Source: the human T2T-CHM13v2.0 reference genome, Homo sapiens
Reading direction: 5' to 3' (one strand)
Length of the DNA stretch: 64,000 bases
NCBI RefSeq assembly: GCF_009914755.1
Contig: NC_060932.1
The translations under genes and the position numbers were made by a program. The first letter of the stretch is position 1. Each line of letters begins with the position of its first letter. Below, one piece after another: positions 27,153-41,700 of this stretch. Below the pieces are notes generated by a model, which saw nothing but the letters and a program-made list of their open reading frames with translations, did not search any database and was not told where the DNA came from.

Positions 27153-28029
27153 TCCTAAAGTCTTCAAGTTATTAAGGGAAAATCCTCTCTACTTTTTACC
27201 AACTACTTAGCAAAAAAAGACAAAGATCAAATGCAAGTATGGCTTACTGTTCCTGTTTCTAGTGAGTCAAGCAACATAAAGAAAAGAAAAAGATTTATAT
27301 AGTTTGATCAGGGAGGCCGGAAGACATCCATAAGTAAAACTGGCAACTACTATGAAAGTTAAATTTAGCATGGTTGGGGTTCAGGGAGTCCATTTGTAAT
27401 GCAAAAGTTAGGGTAAACATAATAAATTGATGCTTTTAAACACCTTTTTTGAGAAATGGGAAAGAATTTTTCTATCACTGCTAATTTACTTACAAATTAT
27501 ATGCTTTCCCAAGTCAGTCCACCCTTCTAAATATAGGGTATACTCAAAACATTGAACTAGCTATCTTTAATCATAAAGTAAGACTTCTGGTCTAAATTTA
27601 TATTGTTAAATTACTTTATTCTAATCAGTTCTCCAAAGCCAGAAAGAAAAATTACTTTCTAAATATTGTGTTAAATTTAGGAAAGAATATATTCCTCAAT
27701 TTCAAACAAATTTAAAACAAAGGAAACTGACACAGTAATTTTTGGGGGGCTGGAGGGTTCACATCATTCAGTTAATATTGTTCTATACCTACAGGATTAA
27801 ATTTAGCTACTTTAGCTTCGTATGCAATTCACAATCTCCATTTAATCCATTCAACAAATATTTTATTGGGCATGTATTATATTCCACTATTCTAACAATA
27901 AATATTGGGGATAAATAAATCTCAGCCCCTGAGCTCAGTGAGTATCCAGTCTAGCAGAAGTGAATAATAATTGATAAGATATAGTGTGATAGTCCCCATA
28001 ATATTAATTAGTAGGGTGTTTTTCATATA

Positions 28030-28640
28030 CCTCCAAAAATTCTTTGATGTTCCTTCCCACCAAGCGACAGAATTTAATTCCCCTCCTCTTAATTATGGGC
28101 TGGACTTAGTGACTCAATTCTAAGTAATAGAGTAGGGGAAGGAATAAAAAGTAACTTTTCAGTGAAGAAACCTGGCAGTCACCACCTAAACTAAGTAACC
28201 AAGGTTAACATCATCATCATTAAGACATGTTGAGATGATGCAATGAAAGGGCCAATTCACTTGTATAATTCCCCAAATCATGGGGATTATTCTTCCCTAC
28301 AATCATGAGAAAACATCAGATAAGCCCAAATTGATAGATAATGTATAAAACAGCTGACAAGCACTCTTTAAAAGTGTCATGGCCAGGAAAAACTAGGAAA
28401 AGAAACAGACTGGAACATACTAAAGAGATACAATGAAATCCAACATGGCATCCCGGACTGCATCCTACATCAACAGAAAAAGAACATGAGTAAGAAAACT
28501 GGAGAAATCTGAATAAATTCTGCATTTTAGTTAATGGTACTGTACCAATTCTAATTTCTTACTTTTGACAAATATCATGGTTACATGTTAATGGTCTTTG
28601 CAAGTTCTGTAAATCTAAATTTTTTTTTTAAATAAAAGAT
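28030..28640 (+). mobile_element. L1MC4/5-like 3' fragment
   Basis: gggctggacttagtgactc...aatcatgagaaaacatcagataagcccaaattga...aaactggagaaatctgaataaa. Confidence 0.7.
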
Positions 28641-29434
28641 TTAAATATATACAGTCTGGTAAGAATCATCATGAGATAAGCATATGATCTATGAGACATG
28701 CAGCCAGGGTCAGCACCAGGGGTTACGTGTGTGAAGTCTGGGAATAATGTCTCAACTTACTCTTGAAATATGGGAAGGAGTTGATCAGCTGGAATGGGGA
28801 AGGGGGTAGAGAAAACAGAATAATCCACTATCCAGGAACAAGGCAGATTTTTGGTTTGTGTAGTTAACAAATGGTTCATTCAGCATGGCTGGCATAACGG
28901 GAGAAGAAATGGAAGTAGTGTCAAGAAATAAGGTCAGAGAGAAAAGCAGGAATTACTTGTCTTGGAGATCCAGCCTCAAATCCCACATATATCATATCAA
29001 CCTAGGGCTGAAGTGACTTCATCTCCTGAAATCATTTCCTATACCAGTCATTTAGCCATAACCACGTACTGCCTTGTGATAAGTTTGTCCTATTATTTTA
29101 ATTTTCCCAATTTAAATCTTACTCCACAGAGTGAGATAGCAGGAACCAAGCTTCACATACTCCCTGAAATTTACCTTACTGGTTTCTACCTTATATCATG
29201 CCTTAGACAGTGTCTAGCATAGTAGGGACTCAGTGGATGAGCAATATATAATATAAACTGGTCATCAGAATTAATCTGAAGAATATGGTATCAATGAGAA
29301 GCTGATTTTAATCATCATAAGCTGATTCACTGGGGAGGGGGAGGGTGCACAGAGAACAACAGTACAGATATTTCCAAAATCAAGTACGAATAACAAAGGA
29401 CAACATATTAAAAACCTTAGAAATCATTTTAGGG

Positions 29435-30653
29435 CAGTGGTACCCAACCTTCATGGCACCAGTGACCAGTTTCCTGGAGGACAATTTTTCCATAGAAGGT
29501 TGTGGGGATTGTGGGGGGTGGCAGTGATTTTGGAATAAAACTGTTCTACCTCAGATCATCAGGCATTAGATTCTCATAAGGAATGTGCAGCCTAGATCCC
29601 TCAAATGCGCAGCTCACAACAGGGTTAGCGTGTGGGCGGCAAGCCACCCAGGTGCCAAGGCAAGAGACTGAAGGCAAAAGCTGTTCCAGTATAATAAAGA
29701 AGATACTTAAAATAAGAATAGTTGTATTAGATGTAGAATGTAGATATGATTATATATGAATACTACTAATTATTAGTTTATGGTATTATTCTTTATTCCA
29801 AAATAATAATCTTTCTTCTACCATTATAACCTAGGAAAAACGAGGGCATACAGAGATAGGAGCTGAAGGGACACGGTGAGAAGTGACCAGAAGACCGGGA
29901 CAGGGCCACTAGAGGGCTCCCTGGTCTAGTGGTAATGCCAATGCCTGGGAAGCACCCATTACTTAGCAGACCGGGAAAGGGAGTCTCCCTTTCCCCGGGG
30001 GAGTTAGAGAAGAATCTGCTCCACCACCTCTTGTGGAAGGCAATGTCAGGCCTGCCCGCAGCCATCCGGAGGCCTGACCATCTCCCTGTGATGCTGTGCT
30101 TCAGCGGTCACGCTCCCGGTCCACTTTCATGTTCCACTCTGTACACCTGGCTCCGCCTTCTGGATAGCAGTAGCAGAATTAGTGAGAGTACTAAAGTCTT
30201 TAAAATGTGTAGAAGAAATAATGATGTAAGCTGTCCTCTCTCTCTCTCCGCCTCGGCTACCAAACAGGGAAGGGCCCCTGTCCGGTGGACACATGGCTTG
30301 TGTGACCTTACCTATCATTGGAGATGGCTCACACTCCTTACCCTGCCCCCTTGTCTTGTACACAATAAATAACAGCACACCCAGGCATTTGGGGCCACTA
30401 CCGGTCTCCACATCTAGGTGGTAGTGGTCCCCCAGGCCCAGCTGTCTTTTCTTCTGTCTCTTTGTCTTGTGTCTTTATTTCTACCATCTCTCGTCTCTGC
30501 ACACGAAGAGAAAAACCCACAGGCCCAGTAGGGCTGGACCCTACATTAGTGCTCCTATGAGAATCTAATGCCACAGCTTTTCTGACAGGAGGCAGCACTC
30601 GTGGTTCTTAACAGATCAGTACTGGTCCGTGGCCTGGGGGCTGGGGACTCCTG
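29435..30653 (-). mobile_element. MER1B hAT DNA transposon split by an LTR (pieces 29435-29630 and 30546-30653)
   Basis: cagtggtacccaacc...ggcattagattctcataagg and gagaatctaatgcc...ggggactcctg; degenerate 8-bp TSD ttttaggg/ccttaggg. Confidence 0.85.
29631..30545 (+). mobile_element. Solo LTR13-family LTR (ERVK / HML-4)
   Basis: TGTGGGCGGCAAGCCACCCAGGTGCC start, ...GGGCTGGACCCTACA end, AATAAA near 30364; 6-bp TSD ttagcg/ttagtg. Confidence 0.9.
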
Positions 30654-32034
30654 CCTTAGGGGACTTAAAGACTAAGAAGATAAAAACCGTTCCACATAAC
30701 ATCATTTCTGCCTATCATTCTGATACTCTGCTCCATTCTACCTCCTGACAATTAACAATCAACAAAAGGGTGTCCTATAAAGTGGTTAAGAACCCAGGCT
30801 TTGAATCCTGATTCCATACATTGTAGCAAAGGCTCTTGGACAAAGTACTTAGCTTTTCTAGCCCTCAGTAAAATGGGAACAGTAACAGTACTCAACTCTT
30901 AAAAGAGCCATATGGATTCAATGCATGCAAGTCTTCAACACAATCAATGTTTGGCACATGACACGTGCTCAACGAATGTTAGCAATTACAACTGTGACTG
31001 TAATGTTATCATTACCAGTACAATAATGGCGAGGATGATGATACCATTCAAGAGTACTGCCTTGCCACTCTGCTCACTTCTAAGTCTCACTTTTTAATGA
31101 CCTTCTCTAGCTTAAAAGATAGAGGGGAAAAATTTCTTGTTGCTGTGTTCTCCCTAAAAGCTAGTAAAAATATCTATTTTACTAAAAGTAAAATCTTCAT
31201 GTACAGTTGTTGTTTTATTCCACATACAGAAGAGTAAGGTTAATCGACAAACAGGAAGATATCCTCGGCGTCAATAATCAGATAAACGTTGAAGAACAAC
31301 TGCATAAAAGGGAAAACAAAGGAATAGCCCTAAAATTTTACTGTTTCCTTTCCTATTATTTTTAACTTCAACAGTTTAAAAGAGGTCAAGCTAATACATT
31401 TCAAGTATCTACAACACAAACTACTTACGGCTATTTTAAAGCAAATTATTTCAAGCATTTTTTTTCTTCAACTATTTAAATAATTTCATAGATTGTATGC
31501 AATGTGTAGCTCTCACGTTGACAGTGTACTCTGTGATAGTGGCCAAAGGTACATTATACCAAATGTAAAGGTCTAGAGAGTTCCTCTGTACAAAAGGTAC
31601 TTTCCAGTGGAAACCAACTATGCCAATAACACTTTGTAGCACTGCCCACAGGAAACACTAACTGCTGTATCAAACATTCCTGATGCTGTAGTGCTTATTA
31701 TCTACAAAGAATGTTCTTCAACATCTAATTCATACTCGGTCAGAGATGGATCCTAATGCACCCATATGAATTTAGATAATCAACAGTATGACCAAGATAC
31801 CTATATACATATTTTCATATGATATTTGTAAAAAGTTATAGATAAAGGCACAGAATATATTTATACATTTACCCATGTTGTTCAGACTATGAAAATATTA
31901 GCAAGAATCAATATAAGGAGAAAAGCTGTTCAAGTTGTTTTATCCAAGAGAAATGAATTTCTAATTTCTTAACCAAAAGATTCATGCCCTAATGCTTCCT
32001 TAGGTTATAAAGATTCACAAGATAGTAAGGTAAC

Positions 32035-32598
32035 TCAGAAAGACATTAGACACTACCTTCACCAAGTGACCAAGGTTAGCATCACCAGTGATGCCATGTG
32101 GGTAACATGTTACACCCCCCCCCCCCACCAACACCCCAGGAGAATGCAATGACAGGGGCACTTCAACACTGAGATTTCTTCTCAAAAATCTGTAACTCCA
32201 GTTTAATCATGAAAATACATCCAACATATCCAAACTGAGGAACATTTTACAAAATACTTAAGCAGCACTCTTTAAAACTGCCTAGATGGTGGGAAACAAG
32301 AAAAGACTGAGACAGTCACAGACCAGAGGGGCCTAAGGAGACATAACCAGCGCAACGTGGTATTCTAGACTGGATCCTAGAAAAGGACGTCACCAGAAAA
32401 ACTGGTGAAATCCAGATAAAGTTAACAGTAAGATGTCAATGTTGGTTTCTTAAACTAATGTATCTCAGTAATATAAGATGGGAATATTAAGGGAAAACTG
32501 GTTGAAGGATATAGGGGAACTCTGTACTATCTTTGCAACGTTTCAGTAAAATCTAAAATTATTCCAAAACAAAAAGTTTATTTAAAAAAAAAAAAAAC
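32035..32598 (+). mobile_element. L1MC4-like 3' end
   Basis: ccaagtgaccaaggttagcatcaccagt...gaactctgtactatctttgcaac...tctaaaattattccaaaac plus A tail. Confidence 0.75.
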
Positions 32599-33082
32599 TC
32601 CAGACACACTTGTTTACAAAGGTTATCTAGCAGCCATGGATAAACTTTCTTGGAGTAAACACTACCACCGATAAATCCAATCACCAAGCTGAGTTCCCAT
32701 AAATATTTCAAATGTCAAATGAAAAGTCCTAGATTAAGTCACAGAATTATAAAGACATTGATGACAGCTGATGAGTCATCAATTCAACTAGATTACTACA
32801 GATAGCTTAAAACCTTTTAGTAGTCTCTTACAGTTTACAGAATAAAACCTAAACTTCTGTAAGCTCTGAAGAACACAGCCCCTTGGTTTTCATTCAGCAG
32901 GATTTATTCAGACAGATTAACCTTCTGAAAGTTCCTGAACAATGTCAAGCTCATTCCCACCTCAGGGCCTTTAGCACTTGGTTTTCCTCGTCTGTCTCTC
33001 TTCACACAGCTAGTTACTTCTTATCTTTCAAGTGTCAGCTGAGCATATCTCCATTCCAGGGACTCTCCAAACACTCCATATA

Positions 33083-33643
<561 letters not shown>

Positions 33644-36600
33644 TATTTTATTTGGTTAACTAATGTCTCTCTCCTCTACGTTTTCAACATGTTATTCCAG
33701 AGACAAGGCAGAATTATCCACGGAATCCCATCCTATAAATGGAATATTGCGTTGAAAAAGTATCTTATTTCTCTTTTAGTAATCTTAGTTCTGTCTTTTG
33801 GAGCTTGACAGTAAAGATTAATCCTCTCTCCAGAAAACAGGCCTAAAAAATATCAGTCCACATACGTATTACACTGACTCACTACTCCACATAATGAATG
33901 TACTTTTTAAATGGTCCAAAAGGATATCTATAATTTCTGAATTGAAAAACCTTAAATATTTCATATTTTAGTGAAGTTGATATTGTTATAAGTACAGGAA
34001 TTCCCCCACTGGTTATCAGCAGCTTACATTTATTCATCTGCTCTGTAATACATACTATCATCACAGAACAGGTGCTTTTTACAAAGTATTCAAGATAGAA
34101 GGGAAGGCAAACAGGAATTTAATTCTGTATGTGTGAGGTATTAAAGTTATTTGATAATATTCAGTCAAATATCTCATACGTGAGATACTTAAGTTATTTG
34201 ATAATATTCAGTCAAGCCCCTAAAACATGAGTGTACTCTTTTACTCAATCTTTTGTCATTTCTACCTCTCTCTAGTGTTCATCTTTTCATTCTCATTGCT
34301 ACTGTTCACATATCAGTAAAGCCCTCATTATCTGTTTTCCCCACCTTCAGCCACAAAATATTGGTTTTATATCAACACACCTCTGCCAGAAAACCCAGAA
34401 TGATTCACAACTACTTCAAATCTAAGCTTCATTTTGAAGAGTTCAAAGTTTTCCATAATCTGACCCTATTATTATTCAGACCATTCCCCGAACTAAGTCT
34501 CTGATCTAACTAATCTCATTTTTCTATGCTCATAATACATGCTTGTTTCTAATTCTATGCCTTTGTCTGTTATATAAATTCATGTTTCCTGATTCAGTCA
34601 GTCACGAATTTCTAAAACTTTAAGTACAGTCCTACTCTCAAAAAAATAATATTACAAACTCTTGGTAAGCAGTATTTGCATTATTCAAATCTTTTCCTTT
34701 TTAAAATACTTTTCTCCTTTACCAGGAAAAACAAAAAGGCTGTTGATTGTCACTTCCAAAAAGACGGTAACATTCTTAGGTGTCTTTAAGTTACACCGGA
34801 ATTTGGAAACTTCAAGCCAAATTACAACAATATAACAGAGTACTCAAAAATCAAAACAGCAAAAAATAATGGGCACATGAATAAAAGTACAAAGCAACTT
34901 ATTGTAAATTTTCAAAATGTCACCTCATTATTATTATTATTATTTATTATTACTATGCTAAGGACAACAGTATCTTAAAATTATAAACCTTCATAGTCTT
35001 CCCTTTACTAATCAAAATGAATATTTTTCCAAGACAAAGCAGTCACTTAAATACATAACAAAGATACCAATAAATACCTGTAAAAGACTATTCCACAGTA
35101 TAGAAAATTAGTAAAAGTGCTGATATTGATGACTATAAATTTCATTCAATTATATTAGGCTAATTAAAATTTAAAGATTTCAAGTTCAAAGGCCAAGTGA
35201 GATAATTTATCAAGCAAATTAAATTCTGTGATTAGTGTAATTCATTCACTATGGGTAAAGTAGTTAAAAATCTTTCCGAATTCTCAAAGATGTTCATCAA
35301 AACCACTTAATACCAGCTGAAGGGAAACTGAGAGCAGTACTTTATTCTTAAAACATGAAATATATATTTTAAATGCACATATTTATATCAAACAGTAACT
35401 AATTGAATTATACCAAACATCCTTATGGTACTCACTACCATATGATAATTATGATCCAAGCAAAAAACTAAAGAAAAGCAAGGTCAGATGAACTTAATAT
35501 TCAACTGCTGTACTTCTAAGCTTTCCATTTTTTTATGTTGAACAGGTTTTCTAGTTCTAAGGTTTGCCTAGCTGTTGAACTTGTACCTCCTTAACAATTT
35601 TGGTTTAGCCAGGGCCTTTCTTTAAAAAAAAAAAAAAATTTTTTTTTGCAATAAAAGAAATTATGGTCTAAATCGCAAAGATGACAAGAAACCTTAGCAA
35701 TTTAAATAGACAAGCCTTGAAATAATACTGTGATCAAAGTATCAAGCAGCCTAATATAACCCAGCTGGCTCAGGCTTATCATATATGGTACTCATTACCA
35801 CAATTGCACTATTTAATCTACTTCCTGGTGTCAACAAAAACTTTCTGTTATTAATTCCTCCCAGTTATGGATCTGCTTAAATTATTGCACTTTCTGATAA
35901 GACAACCCTTTGCCCAAAAAATTTTTTAAAAAGGAGCAGGTCTTATTTTAAATGTTTTAGAAATGGAACCACAGTTAGTAAAACCACAGAAACCATCGTG
36001 GCTTTGTATTATTAGCCATCTATATAAGGGTATGTTAATTTCTATGGAGATAACAGATGACTCATGGTTAACACAATTTTGTAAGGGATCACATGTTTTA
36101 TCAAAAAGGTAACCATATGCACGTATGCAAAAAGAACTATTGTACAAATTTTTGAAATTCAAGTAAGAGATGTATCCACTGACAAAGGTATACAGGTTAG
36201 ATTCTGCTAGCCAGTCCTCTTATCCATACACAACTTCATCACTCATGTATATCCTTGTTGGGTTACAACTTGTAAGATTTTGAAGCTATAGCTCTTGTCT
36301 TTAAGTAGTTAAATGTTTCTTAGGAACTTGCTTTTACACATAATTTGTTTCCAAAAAGACTCCATTTAGGCAAAGTAAAAATGCTAGGATTATTAAATCT
36401 ACCTCAACATTGTGCCAAACACTGAAGCAGCAAAAAATTAAATCAAAAAATACGAAGAGATAAATAAGAAAAGGGTAGCGTGATCATGATTACTGTCACT
36501 GGATTTACTGGTCTGTCTCAGCCATAGGTACCAGGACATTGAAAAGATGAATTGTGAGAGTTGTTCACGGTGCACACCTTCATTTTTTACAAAGAGCTAG

Positions 36601-38720
36601 TTGGACTGGTTACAAAGGAGTCACTAACTGCTCAGTGTTTCATGAGTGGCACCCAGCGTTCACACAGATTCCTTACAGCTAACTGATCCATTTCCTTTCC
36701 ATGCTCTTTTCTCATTCTGCTTGCCCAGATGGCAGTCACGGCAGATTGGAAGCACTGCACAACATACTACTTAACCATACTGTGTACTCAGTAAAGAAGG
36801 AAATTCACATGACAGGCTTTATCAGTATTGTCTGTTTAAGTCATCTGCAAAGCAATGTATTCTAGAAAGTCTTCCTGTGTCATCAGTCAGGCACTGATTT
36901 CCTAAGTCAAATTAAACCATCTATTCAAACTATTATTTGTAATTGCATTCAGTGATATTTAATAAGAACACATTTTTCTTCCCCTACCCTACCCAGCTTG
37001 ATCTGTATTTTCAGTTAGTTTCTCCATTCCATGTAGCAAAATAGTAGAGGCTGTGCTGACTTTCAGCAGTGAAATGGGTTTAGTGTCTGTATACATTCAA
37101 CCCCCGCTAATTTTCTGTTGACCTTCATTTTTATTTAATATAATACCTAGTGTACACCCACAAACTTAACTTTCTAAAAATCTGGTGTTAAATTTAATAT
37201 CATTTGATTTCAGTTGTGCTGATAGTAAATAGTAATGCCAAGAAGCAGCCTTTTAAGTAAATACAATATGTCTACAAGTCACAACTGCAGGCAACTGCAT
37301 CACTCACTGTGCTTCTGAAAACATACTGGAATTACTGCCACCTCCCTAAATTGTGATGGATTATATATTAGATGGGCATACTGGGTTTTCTGGTTCTGCA
37401 TTTGCCATTAATTTTAAACTTGGGCATCTCTGGGACTTAGTTTCCCATCTGCTAAAATAATTACAAAAGTTCCTCCTGTGATTCTCTTTGTAAACATGAA
37501 AAGTAAGGCTGTAGAGACTCAAGACTCCAATTAGCAGTAAAGCCAAAATCATCAGTAGCCAGAACTCAATGTAGATTTCCTGTTATGCCTATCTGAAAGT
37601 TTGCCATACATAAGAAATATATATATTTGCTATACATACATTTTAGAAATATATTCTATTTTAGAAATTTTCTTAACTAAGAACTATAATGGTATATGTG
37701 TACACACATTGCTTCCATAATTGGATACTAGCATCTTTTCAGGTTGCCCAGAAGATGAGGAGACAATTTAGACAGAAATGTAAATCTGGATTCTGAAAAA
37801 AACATCAGAGTCTCACTGTCGGTCACATCAAGTATCTCTGAAAGGGGCAGGGAGGCAAACCAGATATGGCTTACAATGATCTTAACACTGCATATAACTT
37901 CTATACCACCCTATTCCCCATTTTATCAACAGAGAAAATAGCTCATACCCATCAAGGTATTTTATCATCATCCTTTATACAACTCCTCATCCTCTTCTAG
38001 TACTGAATCTTTTTAATGTTTTATTTTATCTTTTTTCATGGGGTTGGTGATGCTGGTAGTTGGAGGAAGAAGAGAAATTAAAATATTAAGAAGAAACAAT
38101 CCACATTACCAATAATCCTGGTAATAGACTTTTTTAAAAACTGAGTACATTTAAAGTATTGGGAGTTGCTACCAAATGACAATGAATCAAAAATGAAAAT
38201 AAAATACTTCTAATATGACAAAGAAAAAAAGATGGTCAACTTACAAATTTTCAAGAACAAAAGTATCTTATGAAACAAATACATTCAGAATGACTTTGAA
38301 TTACAAACTTGGAGATACACAGTTACGTAAATATGTGTTTATAACCCCAATACATTCTCCAGGTAAACAAAAATATATTCCAGACACATTTACCTGCATA
38401 TTAATGTAACATTCACCTTTCAATAATCTGATTCACTAACATAATGCACTAAAACAAGTCCTCCTCATGCTTCTCATGTTCAAGTCAAATACACTGCTTA
38501 AAACCACTAAGTTCTATAAATAACAAACATTTCAAAAAATATGTGTAGCAGAAATGTAGGTAAGCAAAGGCCAAAGTGCCCAGCACACAGTTTCCACTCA
38601 AATATTGGTTTGATGAATAAACAACAAAAGAAGAAAGAAAAGCAAAAAGGAGACACTAAAGTGAGAGCAGATGAGCTTGGAATCTATAGTGACTTGAGAA
38701 CAACTGGAATTTGTAGGACT

Positions 38721-38750
38721 GCTGCTGCCGCCGCCGCCGCTGCTGCTGCT
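38721..38750. repeat. Compound trinucleotide repeat (GCT)2(GCC)4(GCT)4
   Basis: Read directly from the sequence. Confidence 0.95.
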
Positions 38751-41700
38751 GTCATTGCTGTCTGCTGAGGATAACAGCATGCCACAAGTCTAGGGAGCCC
38801 CATCGAGGGCTCTGCTGCCAAACTCCTTCTACCACAGATGCTGGTTGTGACGTTAGTAGCCTACCACCAAAATATGTCTCCATAAGGGAGTCACCCATCC
38901 AATTCTATACACCAGAAAAAAGATGAGTACAATTCTGCAAAGACCACTAGAATAATTGTATGGCCCTCTCATCGGTCACAGGAAAGAAGGGCTGTCTATC
39001 AAAAGACAATGTCTGTAGGTTAGATGTTAGAGGGCAAAAAAAACAGTAAATATGTATATAAGGGTAAGGAAAGAGGGAGACGTGGGGTTTCATTATAAAC
39101 CTACACCATTACATTATTACTTAAAGTCAAAATAAATACTGCCTTTGTTTTCAACTATATCAGAAAGCATCTAAAATGTACTGAGTAAAAATTACTGGTA
39201 GAAAAAAGCATTAAATAATACTCATGGTGGAGAAGTGTTAACGGTATGAAAACACAATTCTGAAACTGCTAATAGGTAAGCCACGAAGAATAATCTCAAA
39301 CAGATATAAGAACAATCTCAAAACAGATAAAGTCCCAAACTATCAAAATTTCACCTGAAGAGAGATGAATATAAAGCAAACAGAACACTTTACTGGCATA
39401 ACTAAGATAGCACTCTTTTAGGATGAAGAGCAGTTTGGAAAACTCAGTATTAGCACCAAAACATCAAATGTAATTATAATTAATTATCGATCTGTAAAAC
39501 ATACTTTAGGTAATATATCTAATTGGGGGAACGAAACTGAGTACCATTTCTCCTGGGCAAGATAGGAAGCAAGTCTGAACTTGAAAAAAAGAAATAGCAA
39601 GGATCTTTGGTTACATACTGTAATTGTGACTTTTTGACATTTTAATTAGTACTAAAACAGTTCATTTTAATGGCTATTACCTTAAAGTTTAGTAAGAAAT
39701 TCAAATATCTTTACGTAAAGTTGTTGTGGGTCAAAAGTAAGACAGTTTTTATTTAATTAAAATTTAAACCACTGGGAACAGTAATTTAAGGATTACATTT
39801 TTAGACTTGGGGAAACTTAGGAATTTTAAATACTATTTAAGCACTGTATCCACCTGTAATTTTCAAATCTTACGGTATTACTTTAAGTCTGCACAAAATT
39901 TGAACAGGTTTTACTTGGCTTCTTTCCAAACCATAGCACTTATGCTTTGGGGACTAAGGGAGAGTATAGCGTAAAGCACTTTAATTTCTTTAAGCAGAAA
40001 AATCTTTTACCTTGACCACATTTTCAAAAGTATATCCTTTCATGCACAAGAGTTTCTCAACTCATTTTTAAAAAAGAAAAAGAACTAAATTGTAAAACAT
40101 GAAGTAAATGCAAAAATATTTTTCAAGCTTTCAAAATGAAGCTAGACTTTGTTCCTACTATTGTATTTAAAATCTTGAGACACTCAAACTGAAAGAACCA
40201 AAAAGCCATGAAAATACGAGAACTGATGCTTCCTATTCAGATTTTGCTTCTCGTATATTCTAATCACCTTAATAAACCAAAAACCAAACACATAAAGTAA
40301 ATTTAGGTTTTTAAGTTAAAGTTTTACATCACAAACCAGGCTTTTCTGAGTTATCCAAAAAAATGTAAGTGAGCAATAATCTAAAGTTCATTGCCCTGAT
40401 TATTTAGCAGTAAATCACTAAATGTGAACAGTTTTAACATTTTCAAAATACTACGTAACAAAAAGATGAGTATCAAGGGGAATTATATCATAATTCAGTG
40501 TACAGATTCTCTCTAGTTACCTGCATACATAATGCTTCTAAAACCAAGTATCTATTAAGTATTTTACTAAATATTTTAAATAGAACCAACTGCAATATGG
40601 GCCCCGAGGTTCTATAAACATGACACTAACATCATTATCAGGAGAACTTTCATGTATAAAAACAAACGTCAAAAACAACTTCTCTACCTGGATACTAAAG
40701 CAACAGCAATATCTGAAAAGTATTTTCAAGGAATCTGAACAATAAAGATGTCAAATAAAAAATATATACATATTAGTTTGTTCTTGATTTCTAGAGGTGT
40801 GTGTGCCACTTATGAGGACCCAAACATACAAATAATCAGAACACATTCAAAAGACACAACTTTCTTGTTTAACAGTTTCTTAAAATTGCAACTGACATCT
40901 ATCTATAGAATCAAACTTCACCTCTCCTGTGAAGTCATCCCCGAAAGGAATTAGTGGCTGATAGCTGAGTGTTCGCATCATTTTTTCCTTCCGTAGTCTG
41001 GACTTATATCAATTCTGTTTTACAATTTTTTTATGTACACACTTGTCTCTCCCACTTAAAATCTTTTGAGGCAGTAAGCAGGATTTGGTGTCTTTGTATC
41101 TTTTTTACTTCCCACTCAAGTAATTTGCTGGCTAAATGCTGAAGTGAATTACAGTGGACTAATTTTTTTTTCTGGATATTTGAAACATTTTATTATACCT
41201 CCACACTTGACCACAACGATATGAGGTCACTAGGTAAACATGCTATTTTTCTGCAGTAAATTTCAAAACATGCCCCCAAACTGTCTACATATTATTTCTA
41301 ACAGTTCTACCAAAAATATATCATTTTTAAAAATGCAACAAAAGAAAGAGAGTTTTGAAAAAATCTGTCAAACAGACCACAACGATCACTGACTAGTCAT
41401 ACAGATAGGGGGTAAGACAAAATAATAAGTAAACACATGTCTATTCACAAAATGTCCCCATCTGTCTAAAAAATATTAAAAGCTTTCTCTGTCCAAATTC
41501 AACTCTTCTCTGAGCTCTAAAGCAATACAAAGGCAAAATAGTAACCACAGACTAGGTTTCCAGCAGTTTTACCCTAGGTGTGGGCTGCAGGAAAGCTGAG
41601 AAGGAAGGTGAGATTTGAGGAAGCAAGTAACTAAGCAGAGATTTTCTCCAATGTAAAACATGACTAACTTGCACAGAGAGCACTGCAAATAACATCACCA

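Noticed and set aside
29929-30372. 147-aa ORF
   Set aside because: It lies wholly inside the LTR13 solo LTR and has no recognisable domain.
32757-32783. 9-bp inverted repeat overlapping an AP-1 site (TGAGTCA)
   Set aside because: Short enough to occur by chance in 64 kb, with no supporting context.
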